This document shows positions 1 to 8,715 of a DNA stretch of 32,000 bases, piece by piece. Every line of letters begins with the position of its first letter. Within the stretch, counting starts at the first letter, position 1. The notes beneath the pieces are model-generated. The model was not told the origin of the DNA. It saw nothing but the letters and a program-made list of their open reading frames with translations, and did no database searches. Source of the DNA: Cronobacter phage vB_Cdu_VP8; the sequence record OQ361773.1. One strand, given 5' to 3'. Both the position numbers and the translations under genes were made by a program.

Positions 1-2
1 AG

Positions 3-1550
3 TTATTTGGCCAATTCAAGGATATTTGCGACGACTTTCTTATCATCAAAATACCAGTTGTCTGTGATGTAATCATAAATCAAAGGATTACGTTTCTTAA
101 AGTCTGCAATACATTCATCGAACTGTTCATTCATTGCATTTTGATTTGTTTCAAACTCTTCGGCCCATGATACATCTAGTGTTCCACGTTTGCGGTTCAT
201 CTGAACATTGCACCAGCGATTTACTTTGCCCCAATCAGGATGGACCTTCGATTTCGGCCGAATAAACTCATCTGCCAATCGTTGCATTAACGGACCATTA
301 CGAGTTGCTCTGTCGTACAAGGTATGGGATTTAGTGAATCCATACTCTTCTGCTGGAATTTTAGGAACAACATCCAGAATAGCGTTGTTGATTTCACCAA
401 TTAAATCAATTGCATCTGAAGATTCTTGTACTTTTTTCTTGATTGAAGGACGTACCAAGTAGAACTCTTCGCAGATGTTGAAATCTTTAGCTGCGGTCAT
501 CAAAGCACCTTCAGTCAACCGAGTCGATTCTTCATCTTCCCAGGTGCAAATTTCATCACGATATTTGTAGACCACATAACCATCGAGTTCTCGTGCTTCG
601 TTCGCAGTCAAGAACATCGGAGTAGCAGTATCACCATCCCAGTGAATACAGTTCGGTGATTTTGGACGAGCTTCACCAGATGATTCGCGTTTGACCTTCA
701 TCTCTTTGATGGTGTCTTGAATGATTGTATCTGAATACGAATATTCGATGTATCGACCTTCAAAGAGTTCTTTCAGCTTAGCGATTTTACGTTCACAGAT
801 TTCGTGCCAAGCGTCATTTTCGCTATGGAATTCGAACGTTGCAGCATACAATCCAGAATGCAGTCGAGCAATTGCTCGCATAGCTTTACCACGTTGGCCT
901 TTAATGTCTTCTCGAACAATGACAAATTTGTCTGTATTACCAGGACCTAGTGCTGCTGACCGACGGATATTTCGACCGTTTGATTTGGATTCTTCAAACG
1001 ACTTGCGAGTCATACGAGACGCATAAGATTCCAGTGCATAACCATTGATGTTTTCCAGAGCATCAGCCATCATCTTCAGGTCGGACTTCCACTTACCTAC
1101 AGTTTTGCCACGATAAGTGGTATTAGCATCGAACCAGCGCTGAGAAGCAATACTAAGGCTATCATGTAAAGCGATATAATCGCGAGGGCATTTACAGTTC
1201 TCGACCTTATCAAGCAACTCTTTGGTCAGTACATCGTCACGTTCTTTTAAGCGTTTGTTGATATTTGCTCGAGTGATAGGGTCTAAAGACAATTCTTCGC
1301 GAGATGCTTGGATATCCAATTCACCTAAATCGAATCGCAGGAACACTCGCTTATTCAGTGTACCAGACCATGTGCCTTGAAGTACTTCGTCCGGGATTGG
1401 ATATACGATGCGACCCATGATTGCATAGTGGCCTACACTCTCGAATGGAGAATCGTTCAGAATAAATTCACGATCAGTTGGGAAGAATTCGAATTGTTTT
1501 GCTGGAGTAATGTTCGGCTGAATGTCGTGGAATGGACGAGAAATTCGCAA
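3..1550 (-). CDS. rIIA: RIIA C-terminal part, in a different frame from the N-terminal part (ORF track 3..1709; its first ~50 codons are out-of-frame shadow)
   Basis: RPFHDIQPNITP...HYAIMGRIVYPI...LGELDIQASREELSLDPITR aligns with the T4 RIIA region directly after the N-terminal segment. Confidence 0.85.
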   Translation of the reverse strand: MRISRPFHDIQPNITPAKQFEFFPTDREFILNDSPFESVGHYAIMGRIVYPIPDEVLQGTWSGTLNKRVFLRFDLGELDIQASREELSLDPITRANINKRLKERDDVLTKELLDKVENCKCPRDYIALHDSLSIASQRWFDANTTYRGKTVGKWKSDLKMMADALENINGYALESYASRMTRKSFEESKSNGRNIRRSAALGPGNTDKFVIVREDIKGQRGKAMRAIARLHSGLYAATFEFHSENDAWHEICERKIAKLKELFEGRYIEYSYSDTIIQDTIKEMKVKRESSGEARPKSPNCIHWDGDTATPMFLTANEARELDGYVVYKYRDEICTWEDEESTRLTEGALMTAAKDFNICEEFYLVRPSIKKKVQESSDAIDLIGEINNAILDVVPKIPAEEYGFTKSHTLYDRATRNGPLMQRLADEFIRPKSKVHPDWGKVNRWCNVQMNRKRGTLDVSWAEEFETNQNAMNEQFDECIADFKKRNPLIYDYITDNWYFDDKKVVANILELAK

Positions 1551-2109
1551 GACATTCACGATGCCATTCAGCGGTATCTTCAGCTTTGGTTGGAACGATG
1601 ATTTCGAGACCAGTCTCTTCACCTTCTTCCATATCCCAGCAACCTGCTGGCAGAATTTCTGGCTCACCACCTGAGATGAATGCTGTGTAAAGACGACGTT
1701 GACCACCATAGCGGCTGATCACAGAGAATGTGTCTGTATAGCAGAATGGTGATTTTGAACCGAGACCTAACGCACCTGTGAAATCGTTGGAGTCTTCTTT
1801 GGTTGACTCAAAGTAAGTGGTGTACATGTGCATGATTTGATCATCAGACATGCCAGGACCATAGTCTCGAACGATGAAGCGCAAATCCAGATCAGTAGGA
1901 AGTTTCACATCGAATGGACGAGTATGACCGGCCAAGATGTGAGCATCAGTACAGTTCGTAGTCAGTTCACGGTAAATTGCACGAATCTTGTACTTGTAGA
2001 TGCTTGATGACAGAACCTTGAACGCTTTGGCTGACGCTCGCATTTTGAATTTTGTGGCTTTATCACCAGCGTTGCCCAGAGTTGGTTCTGAGATATCAAT
2101 CATTTTCAT
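1474..2109 (-). CDS. rIIA: RIIA N-terminal part (GHKL-type ATPase region); frame changes near 1540-1546
   Basis: MKMIDISEPTLGNAGDKATKFKMRASAKAFKVLSS...RELTTNC.DAH...RDYGPGMSDDQI...GLGSKSPFCYTDTFSV matches T4 RIIA; position next to gene 39 fits T4 order. Confidence 0.93.
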   Translation of the reverse strand: MKMIDISEPTLGNAGDKATKFKMRASAKAFKVLSSSIYKYKIRAIYRELTTNCTDAHILAGHTRPFDVKLPTDLDLRFIVRDYGPGMSDDQIMHMYTTYFESTKEDSNDFTGALGLGSKSPFCYTDTFSVISRYGGQRRLYTAFISGGEPEILPAGCWDMEEGEETGLEIIVPTKAEDTAEWHRECLANFSSIPRHSAEHYSSKTIRILPN

Positions 2110-2389
2110 TAAACAAATTCCTCAATGTTTCGACTACGTTTTGGATTGGAGCTAAGTGGATGCTTCTGTATTTGGAATCACAGTTCAACAGCTTTTCAAT
2201 AATTTGAATATCACCTTCGGTCAGATTCTCTGACGAATCTATTTTATCTAAAATCTGGTTAAAGTTCTTTCGTAAATCGCGAGCCAAATCAATATCCACG
2301 AATTTTGATGTCTCACGAACTTCTACGCCCATGAGTCCTACAAGATCACATCGAATGATGGATTTAAGAATAGCCTTAATATCGTTCAT
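2096..2389 (-). CDS. hypothetical protein, 97 aa, overlaps rIIA start by 14 nt
   Basis: ORF in a tightly packed minus-strand operon. Confidence 0.75.
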   Translation of the reverse strand: MNDIKAILKSIIRCDLVGLMGVEVRETSKFVDIDLARDLRKNFNQILDKIDSSENLTEGDIQIIEKLLNCDSKYRSIHLAPIQNVVETLRNLFNEND

Positions 2390-2901
2390 CGGATAGCCTT
2401 AACTACATTGTAAATAGCAGTTGCAGTAGAAGTAATGCCGTCATCGCCGTCGATAGCAATCATGAAGCAGTCGTAACTGTTGTAGTATTCCCACTTTTCG
2501 AAGGAGTCGGAGATTTTTGTCATTACTTGTGTTGGAGTGACAAAGGAATTCATTTCCATCGCTTCATCAAAGTACTTGATGATGTTAGTACCAGGATAAA
2601 GATACTGAGCGTATTTCCATTTTGCTGCAATTTCATTGACGATATGTGTCATCGCCAGCCAGTAACGCAGAGTGTTAGTTGTGTCTTCATAGTCTCTGTT
2701 TAGAGAAATGCAATCAATTAAGATCTTTTGATACCCTTCAACTCCAACTCGGCAATACAGATGATTGTTCTTCACAAAGAAGTTCACGCTAACGTTTTTG
2801 AATCGGCGATCGTACAAGGACAGTGCCTTTTTGGCCTTGTCGATCATTCGATCAGTGTGAGTGTTCTTGGTCGAAAAGTTTTTGATTGCGAAATTGATCA
2901 T
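2386..2901 (-). CDS. hypothetical protein, 171 aa
   Basis: ORF with ATGA-type overlap to the next gene. Confidence 0.8.
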   Translation of the reverse strand: MINFAIKNFSTKNTHTDRMIDKAKKALSLYDRRFKNVSVNFFVKNNHLYCRVGVEGYQKILIDCISLNRDYEDTTNTLRYWLAMTHIVNEIAAKWKYAQYLYPGTNIIKYFDEAMEMNSFVTPTQVMTKISDSFEKWEYYNSYDCFMIAIDGDDGITSTATAIYNVVKAIR

Positions 2902-2902
2902 T

Positions 2903-3367
2903 TTAAATCTCCTCTAATTCCATGTAGCTGACTAGTGCAGCCGCTTTCATGTCAAACACACATTGAGTAGAACCGATGTGAGCATCTTCAGGTTCTACGT
3001 CGTACACTGCTAACCAAAATCCACGTTCAGCCATACGTTGTCTGTTTCCGATATCGAACCATCGTCTGAACTGATTGATTGTTGCAAAACCGAAGTGGAA
3101 TTTATGCATATCATATTGAACTCCAGCATTTTCCATGCTTTTTATCAAGGCATAGTCTTCTTGAGGAGCTGGATGATACCGACGATGCTGACCCAAATGT
3201 TCGAATCCGAGAAGTCCTATTTCACGAAGACCTCTAAACGAATTTGGACATCCTTGGAAATTCACAGCTTGATTCGAATAAGGACCGATGTTTGCTGCTT
3301 TATTGTAGCCACCAATCGATAGATATTCGACTACTGAGGCTCTGAATTCTACACGATAGACAAACAT
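2903..3367 (-). CDS. hypothetical protein, 154 aa (MFVYRVE...GPY...HPAPQED...FHFGFATINQFRRWF)
   Basis: ORF length, packing, conserved-looking motifs. Confidence 0.8.
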   Translation of the reverse strand: MFVYRVEFRASVVEYLSIGGYNKAANIGPYSNQAVNFQGCPNSFRGLREIGLLGFEHLGQHRRYHPAPQEDYALIKSMENAGVQYDMHKFHFGFATINQFRRWFDIGNRQRMAERGFWLAVYDVEPEDAHIGSTQCVFDMKAAALVSYMELEEI

Positions 3368-3376
3368 GATATCTCC

Positions 3377-3568
3377 TTACCGATCAATGTGAACAGTCTG
3401 AGTGCGACGTCTAGCAATCGAAAAATCTTCTTCTAAACTAAGAAGAACCGTATTACCCCGAAATTCTTTATGAAGGACAACCAACCATTTGTCTTCGGCA
3501 TGAGTAAAACCTTCTACTCTGAATTTGTCACCTACTTTAACATTTCCTGCAGCGATCATCTGTTTCAT
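3377..3568 (-). CDS. hypothetical protein, 63 aa, promoter proximal
   Basis: ORF just downstream of early-type promoter at 3599-3627. Confidence 0.7.
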   Translation of the reverse strand: MKQMIAAGNVKVGDKFRVEGFTHAEDKWLVVLHKEFRGNTVLLSLEEDFSIARRRTQTVHIDR

Positions 3569-3598
3569 TTTTGATTCTCCTATTTTGTTGATAGGGTA

Positions 3599-3627
3599 AT
3601 CATATCATAGTGAACTTTAGTTGTAAA
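3599..3627 (-). promoter_or_regulatory. early-type sigma70 promoter: -35 TTTACA, 17-nt spacer, -10 TATGAT
   Basis: plus strand tgtaaa (3622-3627) and atcata (3599-3604), spacer 17 nt, intergenic upstream of the operon. Confidence 0.75.
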
Positions 3628-3734
3628 CAATTTTGTGCAAATAATTTAAGACGTACCACGAGGACAAAAAGTTAGTCAATAGATTATATTGACGTCCTCG
3701 TTTTTCACACCGAGTCAATCCCTAGAAACTGCAA

Positions 3735-3754
3735 AAGGGACCTTCGGGTCCCTT
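3735..3754 (-). terminator. rho-independent terminator after the topoisomerase gene
   Basis: minus-strand AAGGGACC-CGAA-GGTCCCTT followed by TT; 8-bp perfect stem. Confidence 0.85.
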
Positions 3755-3763
3755 AAATGGAAA

Positions 3764-5584
3764 TTATTCTTTCATCCACTCTTTTCGTTTTTCGGCATCA
3801 TTTCCGAACAACATTTCAAACACTTCCTTCCAATTTTCTGGAAGACGTACAACATCAAAGACAGGTTCACGGATGACTCGTTTATATTCATGCTCACGAA
3901 GAGAACCAAGTCCCTTAATGTAACGAGGTTCCCATCCTTTGTACTCGGATTTAACTTTTTCATATGATGCTACATCGTAGAACCATGCATCATCTTGACC
4001 TTTCTTATGCATGATCAAAAGTGGAGTTTTAACGAATCGGATTCGACCTTGTTCGAACAACTCTGGCCAGTTACTGAAATATGCTAATAGGGACGGATAA
4101 ATCGAACCGGTACCATCAACGTCAGCATCCGTCATGATAGCGATGTTGGTGTATTGCGTATCAGTTGCTGGTTCACCGATAGTGAGTCCAGTAATCGCAC
4201 AGATATCGAATGCTTCTGCGTTTTTCAGCATGTCAGCTGGTTTCATACCCCAAGTGTTCATGAACTTACCACGTAATGGGTAACCACCTTGAGTGTCTTG
4301 GTCTCGTACGTTAAGGAATGGACCAATCGCAGAATCACCTTCGGTTAAGAACAGAGTCGTTTCCGTTGATGTACCGATTTTATTGGCTTTGATGTGTTTA
4401 GGAACCTTAGCCTTAGCTGCTTTCTTCTGTGCCTTGGTTGCAGCTGCTGCTTCTGCTGCTAGTTTACGAGCCAAAGCAGATTCAATGATTGGCATCAAAA
4501 TCGATTCAGTGTTCATGAACTGACGAGACAATTTCTTGATATCGATGTTGATATGCGCTTTAACTTCGCCCCAAGTGTTCGAAAGGAACTCTTTGGTCTG
4601 TGACTTGAACTTCATGTTCGGGAAATTCCGAATCACTGATACGAAGGTGATGCACTCTTTGATGCGTGCCTTGGTGATTTCGATTTTGTACTTGCGCTTG
4701 ATTGCCGGCATCAACTCGTTCGCGAGTTCATCCATAATCCATTCGATGTGGTTACCACCTTCAGAGGTGTAGATGCCGTTGACAAAACTCATTGTTCGGA
4801 AACCATCAGGTGAATTCGTCAGAGCAATGTCATAGTTATCGTCTTTGACGATCAGTGCATCACCACCAAACTGTTTGGCATAATCTTTAAAGTTCGATGA
4901 AATGCGTTTGCCGTTGAACTTGAACTGAATCTGTGGGAATACCACTGATAAAGCATTCAATCGATCATGGATGACTTCAATTGACGTTTCATCAATCATT
5001 GACGTTTCGAAGTGTTCAAAATCTGGACAGAATTCTACGGATGTGCCTTGAGTTCCGCCTTTCTTAACTTTCCAATCAATAGTTTCAGCGCCATCCTTAC
5101 AGAAAACTTCGATGGTGTTCTGACCATCACAAGTGATGCCTTTGAACCATGAACTGAAGAAGTTAGTCAAACTTGAACCAACACCGTTCATACCGGCAGT
5201 TACACGAGTTGCGTCATCACCGAAGTTACCACCAGCTTTGGTACGAGTCCATGCAGCTACAGGTGAAGGAATTGAATCACCTTCTGGAGTGATGACATTA
5301 CCTTGAGGAATTCCTCGACCGTTGTCAGTGATCTTGACGATATTGTCTTTGATGTCAACAGTGATCTTGTTTGCGAATTTGAATTGAGTTCGAACTGCTT
5401 CGTCCAGAGAGTTGTCGATGATTTCGTCAATGATTTTGACGAGACCTGCTACGTAGTGGACTTGCTTGAATTCTCCAAACAAGAACCGCTCAACTGGTTC
5501 CATTGATGTCGAACCGATGTACATACCAGGACGTTTGATAACGTGGTCACGGTCAGACAGAATTTTGATATCGTTGTTGATCAT
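3764..5584 (-). CDS. 39: DNA topoisomerase II large (ATPase/TOPRIM) subunit, single 606-aa ORF
   Basis: HVIKRPGMYIGSTS, IIDEIIDNSLDEA, ITDNGRGIP, GGTQGTSVEF, TLFLTEGDSAIG, MTDADVDGTGS motifs; adjacent to rIIA as in T4. Confidence 0.95.
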   Translation of the reverse strand: MINNDIKILSDRDHVIKRPGMYIGSTSMEPVERFLFGEFKQVHYVAGLVKIIDEIIDNSLDEAVRTQFKFANKITVDIKDNIVKITDNGRGIPQGNVITPEGDSIPSPVAAWTRTKAGGNFGDDATRVTAGMNGVGSSLTNFFSSWFKGITCDGQNTIEVFCKDGAETIDWKVKKGGTQGTSVEFCPDFEHFETSMIDETSIEVIHDRLNALSVVFPQIQFKFNGKRISSNFKDYAKQFGGDALIVKDDNYDIALTNSPDGFRTMSFVNGIYTSEGGNHIEWIMDELANELMPAIKRKYKIEITKARIKECITFVSVIRNFPNMKFKSQTKEFLSNTWGEVKAHINIDIKKLSRQFMNTESILMPIIESALARKLAAEAAAATKAQKKAAKAKVPKHIKANKIGTSTETTLFLTEGDSAIGPFLNVRDQDTQGGYPLRGKFMNTWGMKPADMLKNAEAFDICAITGLTIGEPATDTQYTNIAIMTDADVDGTGSIYPSLLAYFSNWPELFEQGRIRFVKTPLLIMHKKGQDDAWFYDVASYEKVKSEYKGWEPRYIKGLGSLREHEYKRVIREPVFDVVRLPENWKEVFEMLFGNDAEKRKEWMKE

Positions 5585-5621
5585 GTTTTCTCCTTAGTCT
5601 AAGGAATTTTATCACAAAACT

Positions 5622-5644
5622 AAAAAAGCCTCTTTCGAGGCTTT
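5622..5644 (-). terminator. rho-independent terminator downstream of the 176-aa ORF
   Basis: minus-strand AAAGCCTC-GAAA-GAGGCTTTTTT; 8-bp stem plus T-run. Confidence 0.85.
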
Positions 5645-5649
5645 AAAAT

Positions 5650-6180
5650 TTATGGAACGATGATGTCTACTTTGACTTCCATCCATTCATTGGTCATTGG
5701 ATTTTGTGAACGGTTGATCATTTCAACTTGACCTGTACCAACATCCAGCATACTGATGTAGTAAGGACTTTCTGCATCGATGCGCATATAAGCGTTTTTG
5801 CCTGACGTTACTTCAAATATATCAGCGTCAATGTCATGGCCCATGAATTTGTAAGTATGACCTGGTACAAGGTCTTCAAGGCTCAATTGACCTGTATGCT
5901 GGTCGAGACGGAAGTTCGGGATACGGGTCACAATACCAGAGTAGTCACCACGGATAACACCATCGATGTATTCTGCAGTTTCATACTGTCCAATGTCAGG
6001 ACCAGATATGTAGACCCAGGCACAGTTTTCTTGATCTGGCTTAGTTGCTTTCCGCATCAAGTGTACAGTTTGATACTGATCTCCATACAAATCATGAGTA
6101 GGTGTTGCTAAACAGATAATCGCCGAAGGTACGAAATGTTCTGTGTAGATTTTGTCGTATTGCTGTTTCACGATGTTCAT
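5650..6180 (-). CDS. hypothetical protein, 176 aa
   Basis: ORF; start overlaps the TGA of the upstream small ORF. Confidence 0.8.
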   Translation of the reverse strand: MNIVKQQYDKIYTEHFVPSAIICLATPTHDLYGDQYQTVHLMRKATKPDQENCAWVYISGPDIGQYETAEYIDGVIRGDYSGIVTRIPNFRLDQHTGQLSLEDLVPGHTYKFMGHDIDADIFEVTSGKNAYMRIDAESPYYISMLDVGTGQVEMINRSQNPMTNEWMEVKVDIIVP

Positions 6181-6275
6181 AATTTATTCCACGTTTTGAT
6201 GAAGAAGGCTAGAAATGCTCCAGCCATCACACAGGATATTTGCAAAATCAGAAAGTCAGTTGGTACGTCATACAC
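6177..6275 (-). CDS. small membrane protein candidate, 32 aa, GTG start (VYDVPTDFLILQISCVMAGAFLAFFIKTWNKL)
   Basis: fills the gap between two ORFs; overlaps the upstream TGA; its TGA overlaps the next ATG (ATGA); single TM-like segment. Confidence 0.6.
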   Translation of the reverse strand: MYDVPTDFLILQISCVMAGAFLAFFIKTWNKL

Positions 6276-6792
6276 TGAATCGGTCCTGCAAGTATTTGAT
6301 CATTTCACGTGCAGCTTTTGCACTACCGATCGTTTTGTTGATATGCACAGACAAGGATTCCTGGACTCCTCGTGGAATCTTGACTTTCTTCTTTTTGGTC
6401 TCAGGTACAGTGGGCTGTTCGATTGCTACCTCGGCCTGAGGTGAGGCTGTCCATTCGTTTATAATAGCTTGTGCTTCATCGCCTATCGCATTAACCAACT
6501 CAGAACAGCTATCAGAGTTCGATTCAGTGATCGATACGTAACCAATCTTATGGAAGTACTCAGACAGCTCGTACCTGGTCACATATGGTGGCAGATTTCC
6601 ACAAATTCGACGAGTATTGAATTGAATTAGTTCGTCAAAAATAGGATGACCATTGAAATCAGTGTCGACTTGAGTCAATACACAAATTCCATGTTTTTCC
6701 ATCAATCGAGCAAGTTCCATGTTTTGAGGACATTTTTCTTGCCAGCGTAAAGCATCTTCTGTGCTTCTGAACCAGTATTGGTTTCCTATCAT
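6268..6792 (-). CDS. hypothetical protein, 174 aa
   Basis: ORF, operon packing. Confidence 0.8.
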   Translation of the reverse strand: MIGNQYWFRSTEDALRWQEKCPQNMELARLMEKHGICVLTQVDTDFNGHPIFDELIQFNTRRICGNLPPYVTRYELSEYFHKIGYVSITESNSDSCSELVNAIGDEAQAIINEWTASPQAEVAIEQPTVPETKKKKVKIPRGVQESLSVHINKTIGSAKAAREMIKYLQDRFSV

Positions 6793-7001
6793 GCCGCATA
6801 CTCCACGTAGGTAGTTCCTTGAGCGGTGATTTCACGATGCAGAACCCGAATAGGATCTTTATCGCCAACTTTTTCGAATACGTAAAGAGTTGTCATGTGC
6901 AGCTCTTTTCCGTAGGTTTTGGATTTCTCTACCACTACCAGGTCAGGCGAAAAGTGAACATCTTCGAACTGATCTTGAGTGAGTTGTGCAATCTCTTTCA
7001 T
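6789..7001 (-). CDS. hypothetical protein, 70 aa
   Basis: ORF with ATGA overlap, just downstream of a promoter at 7031-7059. Confidence 0.75.
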   Translation of the reverse strand: MKEIAQLTQDQFEDVHFSPDLVVVEKSKTYGKELHMTTLYVFEKVGDKDPIRVLHREITAQGTTYVEYAA

Positions 7002-7030
7002 TTTGTTTCTCCATTTGTTTTGATAGGGTA

Positions 7031-7059
7031 ATCATATCAAACTACCCTATCAATGTACA
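7031..7059 (-). promoter_or_regulatory. early-type promoter: TGTACA, 17-nt spacer, TATGAT
   Basis: plus strand tgtaca (7054-7059) and atcata (7031-7036). Confidence 0.75.
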
Positions 7060-7072
7060 ACTATTTGTTCAA

Positions 7073-7573
7073 TTAAACCAACGAACAACAACGATTCTGG
7101 TTAGTGTACACTGCCAAATCAGAAACCTTAACCGCATGATATGTGCCTTGATGCACACAGTTTGCCATGATAACATCACCTTGGCGATAAACCAGAGTCA
7201 CGAGACAACGAACGAATTTGGCTGGTCCAGACATAGGTTTTACCCATTTTCCTTCAAATTCTTCTTGTGCTTTTACCAGATCACCACGTTTGTAACCAGC
7301 GATTGTACCTTTGATCTGAACATCATCTCGTTTAGGAGCGAATTGAGAATGCATAGGCTCAACAAACTTGTACTGTGGAGCAATGATTTTACCATCTTTG
7401 GTTTCAATCACAACTTCGGCGTAGTATCGTTCCACTTTACTTGGGCGATCTTTATGGCCGATCACACGAGTACGTTTGTTAATTGATTTCAAAGTACCAA
7501 CAACATCTTTGTATTTGCCATGTACAACAACTACAGTTTCACCAACAGTTAATTTACATTTTTGCATTTTCAT
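7073..7573 (-). CDS. hypothetical protein with a KOW-like segment (MKMQKCKLTVGETVVVVHGKYKDVVGTLKSI); start trimmed from ORF track 7699
   Basis: start at 7573 abuts/overlaps upstream stop at 7575; the longer version would overlap the lipoprotein gene. Confidence 0.75.
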   Translation of the reverse strand: MKMQKCKLTVGETVVVVHGKYKDVVGTLKSINKRTRVIGHKDRPSKVERYYAEVVIETKDGKIIAPQYKFVEPMHSQFAPKRDDVQIKGTIAGYKRGDLVKAQEEFEGKWVKPMSGPAKFVRCLVTLVYRQGDVIMANCVHQGTYHAVKVSDLAVYTNQNRCCSLV

Positions 7574-7574
7574 C

Positions 7575-7823
7575 TCACTTGTAACGAATGGTAGAATTTT
7601 TGAAGAACAGACCAGAACAGATGGTGCCTTCAACACGGTTGCCAGCTGCGTTGGTTCCAACGAAGCCAGTATGGAACATATCATCTTCGCTGCATGCAAA
7701 GAAGTCGTATCCAGTCATTTGAACATCCGTGTAACCTTCATTTTTCAAAATGCGCTCAGCTTCTGATACATCAGTGCAACCAACCAGAGCAAACATTCCT
7801 AAAGCGATCAATACGTATTTCAT
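7575..7823 (-). CDS. small lipoprotein, 82 aa
   Basis: MKYVLIALGMFALVGC signal peptide with lipobox. Confidence 0.8.
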   Translation of the reverse strand: MKYVLIALGMFALVGCTDVSEAERILKNEGYTDVQMTGYDFFACSEDDMFHTGFVGTNAAGNRVEGTICSGLFFKNSTIRYK

Positions 7824-7825
7824 GG

Positions 7826-8488
7826 TTATCCTTTCAATTTATCCAATAAGTCGTTAGTTTCAGAGAGTCTTACCTTAATCAAATCACGCTGTGTAGTCAA
7901 GGTTTCCAACGAAACATAATTTTGAATAGCACGGTTAGCTACAGCCAAAGAACTTTTTAACTGCTGTTTCCGCAGATTCAGCATCCGAATTTTGGCCAAG
8001 CGTTCTGCTTGGTCAGATTGCTGTTTCTTGTACTTGATTCTGAATTGGAAATTCAGGCCAGAACCAGTTGACGTGAAACTCTCAACTAATGGTGAATTTT
8101 TCAGGAACCACACCACTCGATCATGCAAAACTTGTGATACATATCGACGCGGAATTCCTGTTCTCGACTGGATTCGTTCTGATCGACGTGAATATGCTTT
8201 ATGACCAGAAATGCGTAACACATCAACACCGATACCGATTGCATCTTTTGTGTAATGAATTCGAGTCCAGTACCGAGCATTCTTGCTGAATGGTGTACCG
8301 ATTCCGCTTTGGGAAGCGATTGTGTTGAAGAACCAGTCGTTTCGAATAATTTCATTCGACAACATCTCTGGTACACAGTGCACATCATTCAGATCGTCCC
8401 ACTTGATTCGATAAATGGGATTTTCTGATCCTTTATAAGGAAGTGGATATACACCTTCAACCACTTTCCCAAAGTCGAAATAGTTCAT
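7826..8488 (-). CDS. hypothetical protein, 220 aa
   Basis: ORF, operon packing. Confidence 0.8.
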   Translation of the reverse strand: MNYFDFGKVVEGVYPLPYKGSENPIYRIKWDDLNDVHCVPEMLSNEIIRNDWFFNTIASQSGIGTPFSKNARYWTRIHYTKDAIGIGVDVLRISGHKAYSRRSERIQSRTGIPRRYVSQVLHDRVVWFLKNSPLVESFTSTGSGLNFQFRIKYKKQQSDQAERLAKIRMLNLRKQQLKSSLAVANRAIQNYVSLETLTTQRDLIKVRLSETNDLLDKLKG

Positions 8489-8715
8489 CAGCTCACCTTA
8501 GCAACTTTGTCATAGAATCCGCCATGTACCGATCTTGGTGCAGTGACAGTTTGTGGAGAGATTTTATCACACTTTGGACAGGAAGTAAACTGTCTTTCAG
8601 CAATCTTTTTCATGGCATCAAACTTGCCATGGTCAGGACATTCATAGCTGTACGTCGGCATCGATGATGTTTTTCCATTTGTCGGTTTTGATGGAGATTT
8701 GTTTGTTGAGTTCAT
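8488..8715 (-). CDS. FmdB/zinc-ribbon-like small protein; likely start MPTYSYECPDHGKF near 8658
   Basis: MPTYSYECPDHGKFDAMKKIAE...CPKC pattern. Confidence 0.7.
   Translation of the reverse strand: MNSTNKSPSKPTNGKTSSMPTYSYECPDHGKFDAMKKIAERQFTSCPKCDKISPQTVTAPRSVHGGFYDKVAKVS

Noticed and set aside
5606-5634. Promoter with TAAAAT -10 upstream of the topoisomerase gene
   Set aside because: No acceptable -35 at 16-18 nt; could be a middle or late promoter but evidence is too weak
6659-6868. 69-aa minus-strand ORF overlapping two genes
   Set aside because: Lies in an alternative frame within the 174-aa and 70-aa ORFs, which are better packed; no motif support
7574-7699. N-terminal extension of the KOW-like protein
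   Set aside because: Would fully overlap the lipoprotein gene in another frame; the ATG at 7573 fits the operon packing
8101-8388. 95-aa minus-strand ORF inside the 220-aa ORF
   Set aside because: Internal alternative frame, no coupling or motif support
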